A stretch of 64,000 nucleotides of DNA, from assembly GCA_025056745.1 (NCBI GenBank), contig JANWVQ010000082.1, positions 56,696 to 120,695 of the forward strand, written 5' to 3'. Numbering within the stretch: position 1 is the stretch's first letter; every line of letters starts with the position of its first letter. The notes beneath the pieces were generated by a model that saw only the letters and a program-made list of their open reading frames with translations, made no database searches and was not told the DNA's origin. Positions 39,804 to 51,079 of this stretch are shown piece after piece. Source of the DNA: Ignavibacterium sp. Its GTDB lineage: Bacteria; Bacteroidota; Ignavibacteria; Ignavibacteriales; Ignavibacteriaceae. Position numbers and translations under genes: made by a program.

Positions 39804-40187
39804 TCATTCAGAAAAATATTGCGGCGGTATTAATTTTCTACCTAAGTAGCCAGCGTCTATTTCGTGATAATATAGAATATCATCTTCATCACTTCTCCAA
39901 CATAGATAAACTTCGCGATTGTCTATGATTGAAGGAAAATCTACTAACCCAATTGAGAAGTTAGGATCTTTATAATAGCATCCTATCTCTTCAAGCTCTT
40001 TCAAGAAAGATTTGATATCATTGTATAATTTTATAAAATCAGGATTTTTCTCTATATCTCCATCAAAATCTTCAGCTAACAATTTTATTTCTTTTGCTGT
40101 TGAAAGAATATCTGCAACTATTTTTTTAACTAAAGGTAAGGTTCTTTTAGCTTCTGCTGGAGTAAAATATTTAATTTCAGTGTTCAT
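39804..40187 (-). CDS. DUF2203 family protein
   Basis: 127 aa. FTPAEAKRTLPLVKKIV at the N-terminus and GLVDFPS...REVYLCWR...YYHE...GY.GR at the C-terminus match the DUF2203 pattern as I recall it. Confidence 0.65.
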   Translation of the reverse strand: MNTEIKYFTPAEAKRTLPLVKKIVADILSTAKEIKLLAEDFDGDIEKNPDFIKLYNDIKSFLKELEEIGCYYKDPNFSIGLVDFPSIIDNREVYLCWRSDEDDILYYHEIDAGYLGRKLIPPQYFSE

Positions 40188-40302
40188 TTAATATTAAAAC
40201 GTTTTTATTTCTTAATTAATAGTGAACAAAAAAAGTTCAAAATTTCTTAGAACTAAAATCTATATTTGTAATAAAACAAATAGTCAAAAATTATTATACA
40301 AT

Positions 40303-40914
40303 ATGGATAAGAAAGAACTATTAAAAAATAAAATAAACTCTGCTCTAAGTTATTCTGAATATCAAAAATACGCTGAAGATATTGTCTATTCACTCAAAGA
40401 TAAAGAATTAAATGAAGAAGAAAAATTTTTATATGAATATAGAAAACTAAATCTCGCAAGAGTGAGCCGAGTTGAAAAAACATATTCACCATCAGAAAGA
40501 ATAAAAACTTTAATTGAATCAATACAAAGTAAACAGATTTGGTTAGTTATTACAGAGGACTGGTGTGGAGATTCAGCTCAAAATTTGCCAGCTATCGCTA
40601 AGATCGCATCCTTAAACGAAAAGATTGATTTAAAGATTGTTTTACGTGATCAAAACCTTGATTTAATGGATTTATATCTTACAGACGGTAAAAGAAGCAT
40701 CCCTAAGCTGATTGGATTGAATGAAAATTATGAAGAACTTTTTATTTGGGGTTCGCGCCCTAAAAATGCCCAAGATTTTTTTGATGAGCTAAAAAACAAA
40801 GGTTTTGAAAAAGAATATATAATTAAAGAAATTCACTCGTGGTATGCTAAGGATAGATGCCAATCTTTAGAATCAGAGTTTGTTGAAATATTAACAAATC
40901 TTAAAAATTACTGA
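40303..40914 (+). CDS. thioredoxin-fold family protein
   Basis: The WCGDSAQNLP motif is a thioredoxin-like CxxS/redox-fold context. I prefer ATG 40303 (MDKKELL) over the track's GTG 40222. Confidence 0.65.
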   Translation: MDKKELLKNKINSALSYSEYQKYAEDIVYSLKDKELNEEEKFLYEYRKLNLARVSRVEKTYSPSERIKTLIESIQSKQIWLVITEDWCGDSAQNLPAIAKIASLNEKIDLKIVLRDQNLDLMDLYLTDGKRSIPKLIGLNENYEELFIWGSRPKNAQDFFDELKNKGFEKEYIIKEIHSWYAKDRCQSLESEFVEILTNLKNY

Positions 40915-40996
40915 AATATTTTGTTTATAAATTTTCTAAAAATATTATTTAGTTTGGGTAAAAGAATTTATATCAAAAATACTTGAAAGGCATATT

Positions 40997-43375
40997 ATGA
41001 AAAATTCTTACATCAAAAATTTAACAATCTTATTATTAATATTTTCTTCATTAGCATTTGCTCAGAACTCAATAGTTCAGCAGATAATTAACTCAGTCAA
41101 TCAGGATTCCTTAGTTTATTTTGCAAGAGAGTTATCAGGAAATGTTCAAACAGTAGTAAATGGCCAAAATGTAACTATAGTTTCCCGTCATAAAAATAAT
41201 CCAGCAAATGAATTAGCCAAAGATTACATTCGACAAAAGCTACAACAATATGGTTTGAATGTTACAATTCAGAATTTCAGTTCAACGGGAAATAATGTTT
41301 TAGGAATTAAGGTTGGGACACAATACCCAAACAGAAAATATATAATTTGTGCACATTATGATGATATGCCTTCAGGTAGTGTTGCTCCCGGAGCTGATGA
41401 TAATGCAAGCGGAACAGCAGCAGTAATTGAAGCTGCACGAGTTCTTTCGCAATATTCTTTTCCTTATACTTTGATATTTGCTCTGTGGGATGAAGAAGAA
41501 CAAGGACTTGTTGGTGCTACATATTATGCTACTCAAGCTCGTAACGCAAATGATTCAATACTTGGAGTGATCAATATGGATATGATTGCTTATGATTCAA
41601 ATAATGATAATAAAGCAGAAATTCATAATCGAGCGGTTGCCAATAGCGTGGAAATTTATCAAAAAATGGTTGAAGTTAATTCTACCTATGGAATTGGAAT
41701 AAATATCGTAAACAAAAATCCCGGTATCACAGCAAGTGATCACGCAGCATTTTGGAATCGAAACTACGGAGCAATTTTGTTAATTGAAGATAATACTAGT
41801 GATTTTAATGCTTATTATCATACAGTGAATGATTTAGTTCAATATTATAACATTCCATACTTTGTAAAGATGAGTAAACTTGCAATTGGTACATTTGCAA
41901 CTTTAGCACTCAATCTTAATATGCTAATTGAACATCAACAAATTGCATCAACAAATATTTCAGCACCTATTACCACTACAGCTCAAATAGTGACAAATCT
42001 TATGATTGGGACAGGTATAAATTCACCAAGACTATATTACAGAACAAAAACAGGGTCAGGAAACTTTTCAGCATTTCAACAGGTTGTCGGAGTAAATATA
42101 TCTTCAAACAACTATTCATTTACAATACCTCAACAACCTTTAGGAACAATTGTTCAATACTATATTGCGGCTCAAGATGTTAATTCACAAATGGTAGTAA
42201 CATTACCTCAAGGTGGTAGTGGCTATAATCCTCCCGGAAACGTGCCTCCATCAACATTATTTCAGTTTTTTGTAGCAGAAAAAACTATAATATTGAATGA
42301 TAATGCAAGCAATTTGAGTAATTGGACTTCAAGCGGTCAATGGGGAATCACTACAACTAAATTCGTATCATCACCATCATCCTTTACTGATTCACCTTCG
42401 GGATATTATGCTAATAGTACAACAGCAACTTTAACACTCAACAATAATATTGCCCTAACTGGTGCACTTGGCGCAGAGCTTGAATTCTCTACTCAATGGG
42501 ATATAGAAAATAACTGGGATTACGGGCAAGTTCTAATATCTACTAATAATGGTTCAACTTGGATTCCTCTTGCAGGTCAATATACTAATGCCGGTACAGG
42601 TTCTTTTCAACCCAACGGAGAACCTCTTTATGACGGCACCCAATTAACCTGGGTTAATGAAAGAATGGATATAAGCCAATATGTTGGTAATAACATTAAA
42701 TTAAGATTCCTTTTAAGATCTGATGGAGCTGTAAATGCTGATGGTTGGTATGTTGATGACATAAAAATTTCCATATATAGTTCACTAGTCCCTGTTGAGC
42801 TTACCTCTTTTACTGCATCAGCAAATAACAATAATGTTGTATTAAATTGGTCAACTGCAACTGAATTAAATAATAAAGGTTTTGAAATCGAAAGAGCTTC
42901 ATTGAGAAATAGTTTGGAATCATCCCAGACTCTAAAAAACTGGGAGAAAATTGGCTTTGTTGAAGGTAATGGTACTACATCAGAAATTAAAGAGTATTCA
43001 TTTACTGACAAAAATTTAAATATTGGAACTCACTATTATAGACTTAAACAAATTGATTTTGACGGTTCATTTGTTTACAGTCAAGAAATAAAAGTTGATT
43101 TAACATCTCCAATTAATTATAATTTAAGTCAGAACTATCCAAATCCTTTCAATCCAAACACGATGATTAAATTCCAAATTCCTGTTGATGCCTTTGTTTC
43201 AATAAAAGTGTTTGATGTACTTGGTAATGAAGTCAAAACTTTAGTTAATGAATTTAAACAAGCAGGTTTCTACGAAATTGAATTTGATGGTTCTGAGCTA
43301 TCAAGTGGAATATATTTCTACAAGCTAAAAACAGAGAATTTCAATGATGTCAAAAAAATGATTTTGATAAAGTAA
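40997..43375 (+). CDS. M28 family metallopeptidase with accessory domains and T9SS C-terminal sorting domain
   Basis: 792 aa. Signal peptide; M28 metal ligand blocks CAHYDDMP, GADDNASGTAAVIEAAR, WDEEEQGLVG, NMDMIA and YHT. C-terminus reads NYPNPFNP...GIYFYKL...KKMILIK. Confidence 0.85.
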   Translation: MKNSYIKNLTILLLIFSSLAFAQNSIVQQIINSVNQDSLVYFARELSGNVQTVVNGQNVTIVSRHKNNPANELAKDYIRQKLQQYGLNVTIQNFSSTGNNVLGIKVGTQYPNRKYIICAHYDDMPSGSVAPGADDNASGTAAVIEAARVLSQYSFPYTLIFALWDEEEQGLVGATYYATQARNANDSILGVINMDMIAYDSNNDNKAEIHNRAVANSVEIYQKMVEVNSTYGIGINIVNKNPGITASDHAAFWNRNYGAILLIEDNTSDFNAYYHTVNDLVQYYNIPYFVKMSKLAIGTFATLALNLNMLIEHQQIASTNISAPITTTAQIVTNLMIGTGINSPRLYYRTKTGSGNFSAFQQVVGVNISSNNYSFTIPQQPLGTIVQYYIAAQDVNSQMVVTLPQGGSGYNPPGNVPPSTLFQFFVAEKTIILNDNASNLSNWTSSGQWGITTTKFVSSPSSFTDSPSGYYANSTTATLTLNNNIALTGALGAELEFSTQWDIENNWDYGQVLISTNNGSTWIPLAGQYTNAGTGSFQPNGEPLYDGTQLTWVNERMDISQYVGNNIKLRFLLRSDGAVNADGWYVDDIKISIYSSLVPVELTSFTASANNNNVVLNWSTATELNNKGFEIERASLRNSLESSQTLKNWEKIGFVEGNGTTSEIKEYSFTDKNLNIGTHYYRLKQIDFDGSFVYSQEIKVDLTSPINYNLSQNYPNPFNPNTMIKFQIPVDAFVSIKVFDVLGNEVKTLVNEFKQAGFYEIEFDGSELSSGIYFYKLKTENFNDVKKMILIK

Positions 43376-43384
43376 AATTCAATT

Positions 43385-43421
43385 AAAGGGCAGTTTGACA
43401 ATACTTCTCAACTGCCCTTTT
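43385..43421 (+). terminator. rho-independent terminator after the M28 peptidase gene
   Basis: AAAGGGCAGTT (43385-43395) pairs with AACTGCCCTTT (43410-43420) across a 14-nt loop, running into TTTT. Confidence 0.6.
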
Positions 43422-43597
43422 GATTCCAACCTATCTCTCTGTAAAAAAATAATATTCCTTGATTATTTTGCCCATCAAAAGTGAAAAATTTTTAAGATAT
43501 ATAATTTTATCATAATGAATACTTGTTCGTCTTTAATTTTGAAAATAATAAAAAGCACTACTAATTTTTTGGTTCAATATTATTTGAAAAAAATTTT

Positions 43598-45190
43598 ATG
43601 AGAATAATAATTAAAAAACTCTTTTTTCTGATTTTTGTCTTTTTTTCAATAGTAATATTTTTATCCTGTAAAACGATGTCACCTGTGAAAGAAAAAAATA
43701 TTAAATCTATAAATGAAGCATCTATAGAATATTTGATTCCAATTCCTGCTTCAATAATTCCAACTGGAAATAAGTTTAAACTCTCAAAAACTTCAAAAAT
43801 TTATTTTGATCAATCATCTGATGAAAATGAATCTATTTCCATTTATCTGAAAAATAATGTTAACTCAATCACGGGATTTGATCTGAGTGTTTTACCATTA
43901 GAAAAAATATTAGAAAAAGGAAACATTTATTTACTACTTCAGGATGGTATAAACTCATTAGGTAAAGAAGGTTATGAATTAAATATTTCAGAGCATTCAA
44001 TTGAAATTAAAGCAAATTCTCCTGAAGGTTTATTCAGAGGAGTTCAAACGTTAGTTCAAATGCTTTTTCCATTAAAAGGAAATATTAATGAATCATCCAA
44101 TGATATATATTTTCCTACTGTTCAAATTAAAGATTTTCCGAGATTTAGTTGGCGAGGTGTGATGTTAGATGTAGCAAGGCATTTTTTCTCAGTAAATGAT
44201 GTTAAAAAATTAATTGACTTAATTTCATTGTATAAATTCAATCATTTGCATCTACATTTAACTGATGATCAAGGTTGGAGAATTGAAATTAAATCTTGGC
44301 CCAAATTAACAGAAATTGGTGGAAGCACACAAGTTGGCGGAGGTAAAGGTGGTTTTTATACTCAAAAAGAATATCTCGAAATAGTTGAACACGCCAAGAA
44401 AAGATATATAACTATTGTTCCTGAAATTGATATGCCAGGACATACCAATGCTGCTTTGGCATCTTATCCAGAACTAAATTGTGATGGAAAAGCCCCTGAA
44501 TTATACACTGGAATAAAAGTTGGCTTTAGTTCATTATGTTTAGATAAAGAATTGACTTATGTTTTTATCGAGGATGTAATTAAGGAGTTATCTGCTTTAA
44601 CACCAGGGGAATATATTCACATTGGAGGAGATGAAGCATACGCAACAGATTCTATTAAATACATTAATTTTATTGAACGTGTTCAAAGAATCGTTGAATC
44701 CAATAATAAAAAAATGATTGGCTGGGAAGAAATTGCTCAAGCTAAACTTACTCAAAATTCCATCATTCAATTTTGGAGAAAATCTGATTATGTTAAATTA
44801 GGTTTGAAGCAAGGCAATAAGATTATTTTTTCACCTGCTTCTAAAGTTTATATGGATATGAAATACAATCCTGAAACTGTTTTGGGACTTAATTGGGCAG
44901 GTTACATTGAAATAAGCGACTCATATAATTGGGATCCATTAGATCAAATAACTGATTTAAGTGAAGAAAGCATATTAGGTATTGAAGCTCCTCTTTGGAC
45001 TGAGACAATATTAAATTTCTCTGATATTGAATTTATGTTATTTCCAAGATTAACAGCAGTTTCAGAAATTGGATGGTCTATTAAACATAGAAGGAATTGG
45101 GATTACTTTAAAGTTCGACTCTCAAATCAAGGCAAATATTGGGATAAAATTGGTTTGAACTTTTATCGATCTAATCAAGTAAATTGGTAA
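43598..45190 (+). CDS. beta-N-acetylhexosaminidase (GH20)
   Basis: 530 aa. RGVMLDVARHF, HLHLTDDQGWRIE, PEIDMPGH and HIGGDE are GH20 catalytic-domain blocks. Confidence 0.9.
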   Translation: MRIIIKKLFFLIFVFFSIVIFLSCKTMSPVKEKNIKSINEASIEYLIPIPASIIPTGNKFKLSKTSKIYFDQSSDENESISIYLKNNVNSITGFDLSVLPLEKILEKGNIYLLLQDGINSLGKEGYELNISEHSIEIKANSPEGLFRGVQTLVQMLFPLKGNINESSNDIYFPTVQIKDFPRFSWRGVMLDVARHFFSVNDVKKLIDLISLYKFNHLHLHLTDDQGWRIEIKSWPKLTEIGGSTQVGGGKGGFYTQKEYLEIVEHAKKRYITIVPEIDMPGHTNAALASYPELNCDGKAPELYTGIKVGFSSLCLDKELTYVFIEDVIKELSALTPGEYIHIGGDEAYATDSIKYINFIERVQRIVESNNKKMIGWEEIAQAKLTQNSIIQFWRKSDYVKLGLKQGNKIIFSPASKVYMDMKYNPETVLGLNWAGYIEISDSYNWDPLDQITDLSEESILGIEAPLWTETILNFSDIEFMLFPRLTAVSEIGWSIKHRRNWDYFKVRLSNQGKYWDKIGLNFYRSNQVNW

Positions 45191-45300
45191 TATAAATATC
45201 CGATTAAATAATTTTTCAATTAATTTTTCAATTAACAAAATTTTATTATCTATCTAACAGATAAAAATTAATGTAAACCAACAATGGAGTATAAAGTTTA

Positions 45301-46647
45301 ATGAGTAGCAAAGTATATATTGAAACTTACGGTTGTCAGATGAATTTTGCAGATACAGAAATTGTTCTCGGCATTCTAAAAAACAATGGCTATTCTGTTG
45401 CTAAATCACTTGAAGAGGCTGATGTTGTTTTATTAAACACCTGTAGTATTCGAGACAATGCTGAACAAAGAATTTATGGTAGATTAGGAAATCTTAAGAA
45501 TTATAAAAATCAAAAACCGGATCTACTACTTGGAATTCTCGGCTGTATGGCAGAACGATTAAGAAAAGATTTAATTGAAGAAAAGAAAATTGTTGATTTA
45601 GTCGTTGGACCTGATGAATACAGGAGATTACCTGAATACTTAGATATCGCTTTTAGTGGTGATAAGGGGATTGGAGTTAGACTCTCAAGAACAGAAACCT
45701 ATGATGATATAGAACCTTATCGTGAAGATGGACTTTCAGCTTGGATATCAGTAATGAGAGGATGTGATAAGTTTTGTACTTTCTGCGTCGTTCCTTTTAC
45801 CCGTGGCAGAGAAAGAAGTCGCTCACTTCAATCTATAGTTCAAGAAGTTGAAAATCTATCTTTGCGCGGCTTCAAAGAAGTAACATTATTAGGTCAAAAC
45901 GTGAATTCATATCGTGATGGAGAAAATGATTTCGCAGATCTTCTTGAAGCAGTAGCCAAAGTAGATAGAAATATGAGAATCAGATTCACTACATCTCATC
46001 CGCAAGATATGTCAGATAAACTTTTATTCACAATCGCTGAGAATCCAAATGTTTGTAACTATATACATCTTCCAGTGCAATCAGGTTCTAACAGGATACT
46101 CGAACTTATGAACAGGACTTATACGGTTGAACATTATCTTAACTTAATTGAGAAAGCAAGAAAGATTATTCCGGGCGTTAGCTTTTCAACCGATATAATC
46201 GCCGGATTTCCTACAGAGACTTGGGAAGATCACCTTGCTACTCTTGAAGTTATGAAAACAGTAAGATATGATGGCGCATATATGTTTAAATACTCTCCTC
46301 GTGAAGGAACAAAAGCGTATAAAATGCGAGATGATGTGCCTGATGATATTAAGACTAAAAGACTTCAAGAGATTATAGATTTACAACAAACTATTTCTTA
46401 TGAAAAAAATCAAGAATTAATTGGTAAAGAAGAAATTGTATTAGTTGAAGGTTTTAGCAGAAAATCAGAAAAGTTCTTCTCTGGTCGAACAGATACAAAT
46501 AAAGTAGTTGTATTTCCTATCAACGATTCAGTTTCGGTTGGAGATTATGTAAAGATTAAAATCAACAGAGCTACTTCCGCAACTTTGTTTGGTGATTACA
46601 TTGAGCAATATCAACAAAAAGATTCATTAGTCCTTAAATGTTTATAA
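45301..46647 (+). CDS. miaB: tRNA (N6-isopentenyl adenosine(37)-C2)-methylthiotransferase
   Basis: 448 aa. ETYGCQMN is the UPF0004 domain, CDKFCTFCVVP the radical SAM motif, and a TRAM domain lies at the C-terminus. Confidence 0.95.
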   Translation: MSSKVYIETYGCQMNFADTEIVLGILKNNGYSVAKSLEEADVVLLNTCSIRDNAEQRIYGRLGNLKNYKNQKPDLLLGILGCMAERLRKDLIEEKKIVDLVVGPDEYRRLPEYLDIAFSGDKGIGVRLSRTETYDDIEPYREDGLSAWISVMRGCDKFCTFCVVPFTRGRERSRSLQSIVQEVENLSLRGFKEVTLLGQNVNSYRDGENDFADLLEAVAKVDRNMRIRFTTSHPQDMSDKLLFTIAENPNVCNYIHLPVQSGSNRILELMNRTYTVEHYLNLIEKARKIIPGVSFSTDIIAGFPTETWEDHLATLEVMKTVRYDGAYMFKYSPREGTKAYKMRDDVPDDIKTKRLQEIIDLQQTISYEKNQELIGKEEIVLVEGFSRKSEKFFSGRTDTNKVVVFPINDSVSVGDYVKIKINRATSATLFGDYIEQYQQKDSLVLKCL

Positions 46648-47348
46648 GTAGAACGAAAATATATTTTTATTTTTTTATCATCTCCACCATTTACATTCAA
46701 GCTCAAAACTATGATATTGTTCCATATTTGATACAAATTGAAAAGGGTAAATTAGACTCGATAAAACAAGATATTGAAAATCTTAAGCTAAAATATTCAA
46801 ATGATCCTAATATAATTTTCTTAGATGCTGTTACAACTGATAATACTCAAGAAGCTTATGGAAAATTCAAGTTAATAATAGATAAATATCCAAGTAGTAA
46901 ATATGCTGATGCTTCTGTTTATAGATTGATTAATTTATTTATCATTGAAGGAGAAAAAGATTCTGCAGAAAAATATTTAAACGTATTAAAATCAAAATAT
47001 GCAGAATCACCTTATATTCGTTTAGCTCAGATTCAATTTGATAGCATCAGTTTTTCAGAGAATAAAACTGAATTGGAGGTAGTTAATTCCAATCAGACGA
47101 AAAAAGACAATTATAAATACTCTATTCAAGCTGGAGCATTTATCAAAAAAGAAAATGCTCTATCATTAAAATCACAATTGGAAAAATCAGGTATTTACTC
47201 AGAGATAAAAGAAAAAAACGTTGCTGGAACAATCTTTAATGTTGTTTACGTCGGAAAATTTGAAACAAAAGAAGATGCCGAAAGTTTTTTGATTATTCTT
47301 AATTCACAATTTAATTTGGAAGGAAGAGTAATAGAATTTGTTAGGTGA
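46638..47348 (+). CDS. SPOR-domain protein with TPR/YbgF-like N-terminal region
   Basis: 236 aa. Signal peptide. The C-terminal YSIQAGAF...VYVGKFETKEDAE is a SPOR peptidoglycan-binding pattern. Confidence 0.7.
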   Translation: MFISRTKIYFYFFIISTIYIQAQNYDIVPYLIQIEKGKLDSIKQDIENLKLKYSNDPNIIFLDAVTTDNTQEAYGKFKLIIDKYPSSKYADASVYRLINLFIIEGEKDSAEKYLNVLKSKYAESPYIRLAQIQFDSISFSENKTELEVVNSNQTKKDNYKYSIQAGAFIKKENALSLKSQLEKSGIYSEIKEKNVAGTIFNVVYVGKFETKEDAESFLIILNSQFNLEGRVIEFVR

Positions 47349-48117
47349 TTCAAAAGTTAAGATCTTTTTCATTGGGACTGGATCAGCCAAAACAAATCTT
47401 AAAAGATTTTACACATCATTTATCCTATCTAAAAATGAAGAAAACCTTTTAGTTGACTGCGGTGATGGAATATCTCTTCAATTTCTAAAATTGAATATAG
47501 ACCTCAACTCTATTGATAATATTTTAATTACTCATTTACATCCAGATCATTTCACTGGAATTTACTCTCTACTTGTTCAGATGAAATTATCGAATAGAAC
47601 TAAAAAACTAAATATTATTTTTCACAATGATCTAATTGATTTTATTGAAAAATCTTTAATGCAACATTATCTATTTAAAGAACGATTCAATTTTGAAATA
47701 AGCCTTTCAACTTTTAATTATAATACATCATTCAAAATCTCACAAAATTTTTATTTTATTTCTAAACCAAATTCTCATTTGGATAAATACCTTATAAATA
47801 GAGTAAATGATAATATAAAATTTATCTCGTCATCATTTTTATTCATTATAAATGGGAAAGGAATTTATTATAGTGCTGATATAGGCAAAGAGGAAGACTT
47901 GTATTTGTTCAACGATATAAACCAATGCTCAATAATTGATACTACTCATATTGATTTAGAGTCGATAAAAAATTTTATAGAAAGAACTACATCAAATTGT
48001 ATTTTTCTTGTGCATATTGATGAATCTAAGGAAAACCTATTATACGAAAACTTTTCTAATAATAAATTTGAAGAGAAAGTATTCATCCCAAGTGATGGTG
48101 ATGAATACTTTCTGTAA
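47338..48117 (+). CDS. MBL-fold metallo-hydrolase
   Basis: 259 aa. The ITHLHPDH motif is present, along with LVDCGDG. TTG start overlaps the SPOR gene end. Confidence 0.65.
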   Translation: MLGDSKVKIFFIGTGSAKTNLKRFYTSFILSKNEENLLVDCGDGISLQFLKLNIDLNSIDNILITHLHPDHFTGIYSLLVQMKLSNRTKKLNIIFHNDLIDFIEKSLMQHYLFKERFNFEISLSTFNYNTSFKISQNFYFISKPNSHLDKYLINRVNDNIKFISSSFLFIINGKGIYYSADIGKEEDLYLFNDINQCSIIDTTHIDLESIKNFIERTTSNCIFLVHIDESKENLLYENFSNNKFEEKVFIPSDGDEYFL

Positions 48118-48119
48118 AA

Positions 48120-48866
48120 TTATTTAGCTTTACCTTGAGCGGCCACTGCTTCAGCGGCTTTCTTTACAGTTTCTTCATCACCTAAATAATAGTTTTTTAA
48201 TGGTTTCAAATTTTCATCAAGTTCATAGACGAGGGGAATTCCTGTAGGGATATTTAATTCAACAAGTTCTTCGTCAGGAATGTTATCTAAATATTTTACT
48301 AAAGCTCTTAAGCTATTGCCGTGTGCAACAATCAAAACTTTTTTACCAGATTTAATAACTGGTGAGATTGTGTTTTCCCAATATGGAACAAATCTCGCAA
48401 CTGTATCTTTAAGACATTCAGTTAAAGGCAATTCATTTTCAGATAATTCTTTATATCTAGGATCAAATCCGGGGTAGCGTGGATCTGATTTTTCAAGTGC
48501 TGGTGGTTGAATATCATAACTTCTTCTCCAAATTTTAACTTGTTCTTCTCCATATTTCTGAGCAGTTTCGGATTTGTTTAATCCTTGAAGTGCACCGTAA
48601 TGTCTTTCATTTAGTCTCCAGCTTCTTACTACTGGAATCCACATCAAGTCCATCTCATCAAGGACAATCCATAATGTTCTTATCGCACGTTTAAGAACAG
48701 AAGTGTAAGCTATATCAAAAGTAAAGCCTTCTTTTTTCAAAATTTGACCAGCACTTTTAGCTTCCTGAATTCCTTTCTCTGAAAGATCAACATCTGTCCA
48801 GCCAGTAAATCTATTTTCTTTGTTCCAAATGCTTTCTCCGTGCCTTAATAATACTACTTTATGCAT
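48120..48866 (-). CDS. gpmA: 2,3-bisphosphoglycerate-dependent phosphoglycerate mutase
   Basis: 248 aa. [18 protein letters not shown] and [11 protein letters not shown] blocks. Confidence 0.95.
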   Translation of the reverse strand: MHKVVLLRHGESIWNKENRFTGWTDVDLSEKGIQEAKSAGQILKKEGFTFDIAYTSVLKRAIRTLWIVLDEMDLMWIPVVRSWRLNERHYGALQGLNKSETAQKYGEEQVKIWRRSYDIQPPALEKSDPRYPGFDPRYKELSENELPLTECLKDTVARFVPYWENTISPVIKSGKKVLIVAHGNSLRALVKYLDNIPDEELVELNIPTGIPLVYELDENLKPLKNYYLGDEETVKKAAEAVAAQGKAK

Positions 48867-49001
48867 TTTGAATCTCCTAAATTTATTTATTTAACTATTC
48901 AAAAATATCAATTAGAAGTGGCTTAAAAAATTAATAGTTATTACATTAAAATCTTTCTCAATGATTATTTTTGAAATGATTAATTAATAAAAGAAGAGAT
49001 T

Positions 49002-50495
49002 ATGAAAAAACTTATTATAATTTTGTTTTTGATTTTTATTCCTCAAATTCTATCTCAAAATGAATTTCAAAATTTTATAAACTACGTTAACTCACTTCCG
49101 TCTCAAACTCTCAAAACTGCAGCCATTGATAGTTTTATTGTCTATGCAAGAACCCGTGGAATTCCATTTATAACGGGGGACTCTGCAAATTTTATTTATC
49201 GTGGCGGAGTAAATTCAATTTCAATTGCAGGAGACTTTAACAGCTGGAATCCTAACTGGAATATGGTCAATCTTCCGCAGACAAATTTTTGGTATTACTC
49301 AAGAGTCTTTGAATCAGATGCAAGATTAGATTATAAATTTGTTACTAACGGTAGTAACTGGATTTTAGATCCCGAAAATCCAAAACAAGTTATGGGAGGA
49401 TTTGGCCCAAATTCAGAGCTTGCAATGCCAATGTATGTCCAGCCTTGGGAAATAAATTATCGCGCTAATATTCCTCACGGAACTGTAATCGATAGAACTA
49501 TTTTCAGTGTCAATGTTAATACAACTTACCAACTAAAAATATATTTGCCCCCAGATTATAATTCATCCCCATCCAAAAGATATCCAACAGTATATTTTCA
49601 AGATGGATTTGAGTATATATCACTTGGATATGCTGTCAATGTAATTGATAATTTATTGGATAGTAATAAAATTCAACCTGTGATTGCAGTTTTTGTAAGA
49701 CCTAATAATCGTAACGACGAATATGCTGGAAGTAAAAGAAATCAATATCGTTTGTTTTTTGTAAATGAATTAGTTCCATACATTGATTCGACATTCAGAA
49801 CTATAGCACAAGCTAACAAGAGATTAGTTCTTGGCGATTCGTTTGGTGGAAATATTTCAGCAATAATTTCTTACAATCATCCTGATGTTTTTGGTTTATG
49901 TGGATTACATTCAGCTGCGTTCTGGCCAAATAATTATGAAATCTATAATCAAATCATTAATGGCCCATATAAAAACATCAAATGGTGCTCTATTTGGGGA
50001 ACTTATGAAGGTTCTTTAGTTACGAATATGAGAAACTTTAGAGACTTTTTATTGAACAATAACTATCAACTAAGATGGAAGGAAAGACCAGAGGGACATA
50101 GTTGGGGTCTATGGCGTGCAACAATTGATGATATCTTAATTTATTTCTTCCCACCAGATGCATCCTCTAATGAAGAAAAATCTGAGATTTTAGAAGGATT
50201 TAAACTTTATCAAAATTATCCAAATCCTTTTGGTGAATCTTCCTCTTCAAATTTATCTTCTACAAAGATATCTTGGCAATCGCCAATTAGCGGTAACTAT
50301 AGGTTAAAAATTTATGACATACTTGGAAATGAAGTCGCAACATTATTGGATGATTACAGAGATGCTGGGAAAAACGAAGTAGAAATTAATTTAATTAAAA
50401 CACCAAAAGGATTAACTCTTCCAAGTGGAATTTATTTTTATCAATTGACAGTTGGTAATTATTCTATAACTAAGAAAATGATTTATTTGAAATAA
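49002..50495 (+). CDS. esterase-family alpha/beta hydrolase with N-terminal E-set/CBM48-like domain and T9SS C-terminal sorting domain
   Basis: 497 aa. GDFNSWNP is CBM48-like, GDSFGG is the nucleophile elbow, and the C-terminus reads NYPNPF...GIYFYQL...KKMIYLK. Confidence 0.75.
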   Translation: MKKLIIILFLIFIPQILSQNEFQNFINYVNSLPSQTLKTAAIDSFIVYARTRGIPFITGDSANFIYRGGVNSISIAGDFNSWNPNWNMVNLPQTNFWYYSRVFESDARLDYKFVTNGSNWILDPENPKQVMGGFGPNSELAMPMYVQPWEINYRANIPHGTVIDRTIFSVNVNTTYQLKIYLPPDYNSSPSKRYPTVYFQDGFEYISLGYAVNVIDNLLDSNKIQPVIAVFVRPNNRNDEYAGSKRNQYRLFFVNELVPYIDSTFRTIAQANKRLVLGDSFGGNISAIISYNHPDVFGLCGLHSAAFWPNNYEIYNQIINGPYKNIKWCSIWGTYEGSLVTNMRNFRDFLLNNNYQLRWKERPEGHSWGLWRATIDDILIYFFPPDASSNEEKSEILEGFKLYQNYPNPFGESSSSNLSSTKISWQSPISGNYRLKIYDILGNEVATLLDDYRDAGKNEVEINLIKTPKGLTLPSGIYFYQLTVGNYSITKKMIYLK

Positions 50496-51077
50496 TTATT
50501 TATTGAACTCTGTAAGAGATTTTTTAATTATTTCTTCAAGTGAAAGGTTAGGGCTATTGGCCATCAATTCTCGAACAATCTTCTCAGAACTTTTTTGATT
50601 ATAACCGAGAGTAACTAGTGCAGAGATCGCTTGTTGTTTAATTGAATAATCTTTTGAAGAATAGGAACTTGATATTAAATCTGATACTTTTGATTTAAGT
50701 TCCAAAACTATTCGCTCTGCAGTTTTTCTCCCTACACCAGGAATTGATAATAATCTATTTAAATCTGCGTGTAAAATTGCATTACTCAAATCTTCAACAG
50801 AGATACCAGATAAAATACTTAGTGCTACCTTAGGTCCAATTCCGCTTACAGATATTAACAATTCAAACATCTCTTTTTCTTGCTCTGAGTAAAAACCATA
50901 TAAACTTAAAGAGTCTTCTCTAAAATGAGTATGAATGTATAATGAAATTAAATTATTTTCAGATATCTTTTCGAAAGTTGAAATTGAAATAAAAATTTGA
51001 TAGCCAACTCCATTCACGTCAAGAATTAGTTGAGTAGGTTTAATTGAGATAACTTTACCCGATAAATATCCAATCAT
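50496..51077 (-). CDS. ruvA: Holliday junction branch migration complex subunit RuvA
   Basis: 193 aa. MIGYLSGKV start and the HhH motifs SGIGPKVAL and IPGVGRKTAERI. Confidence 0.95.
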   Translation of the reverse strand: MIGYLSGKVISIKPTQLILDVNGVGYQIFISISTFEKISENNLISLYIHTHFREDSLSLYGFYSEQEKEMFELLISVSGIGPKVALSILSGISVEDLSNAILHADLNRLLSIPGVGRKTAERIVLELKSKVSDLISSSYSSKDYSIKQQAISALVTLGYNQKSSEKIVRELMANSPNLSLEEIIKKSLTEFNK

Positions 51078-51079
51078 AT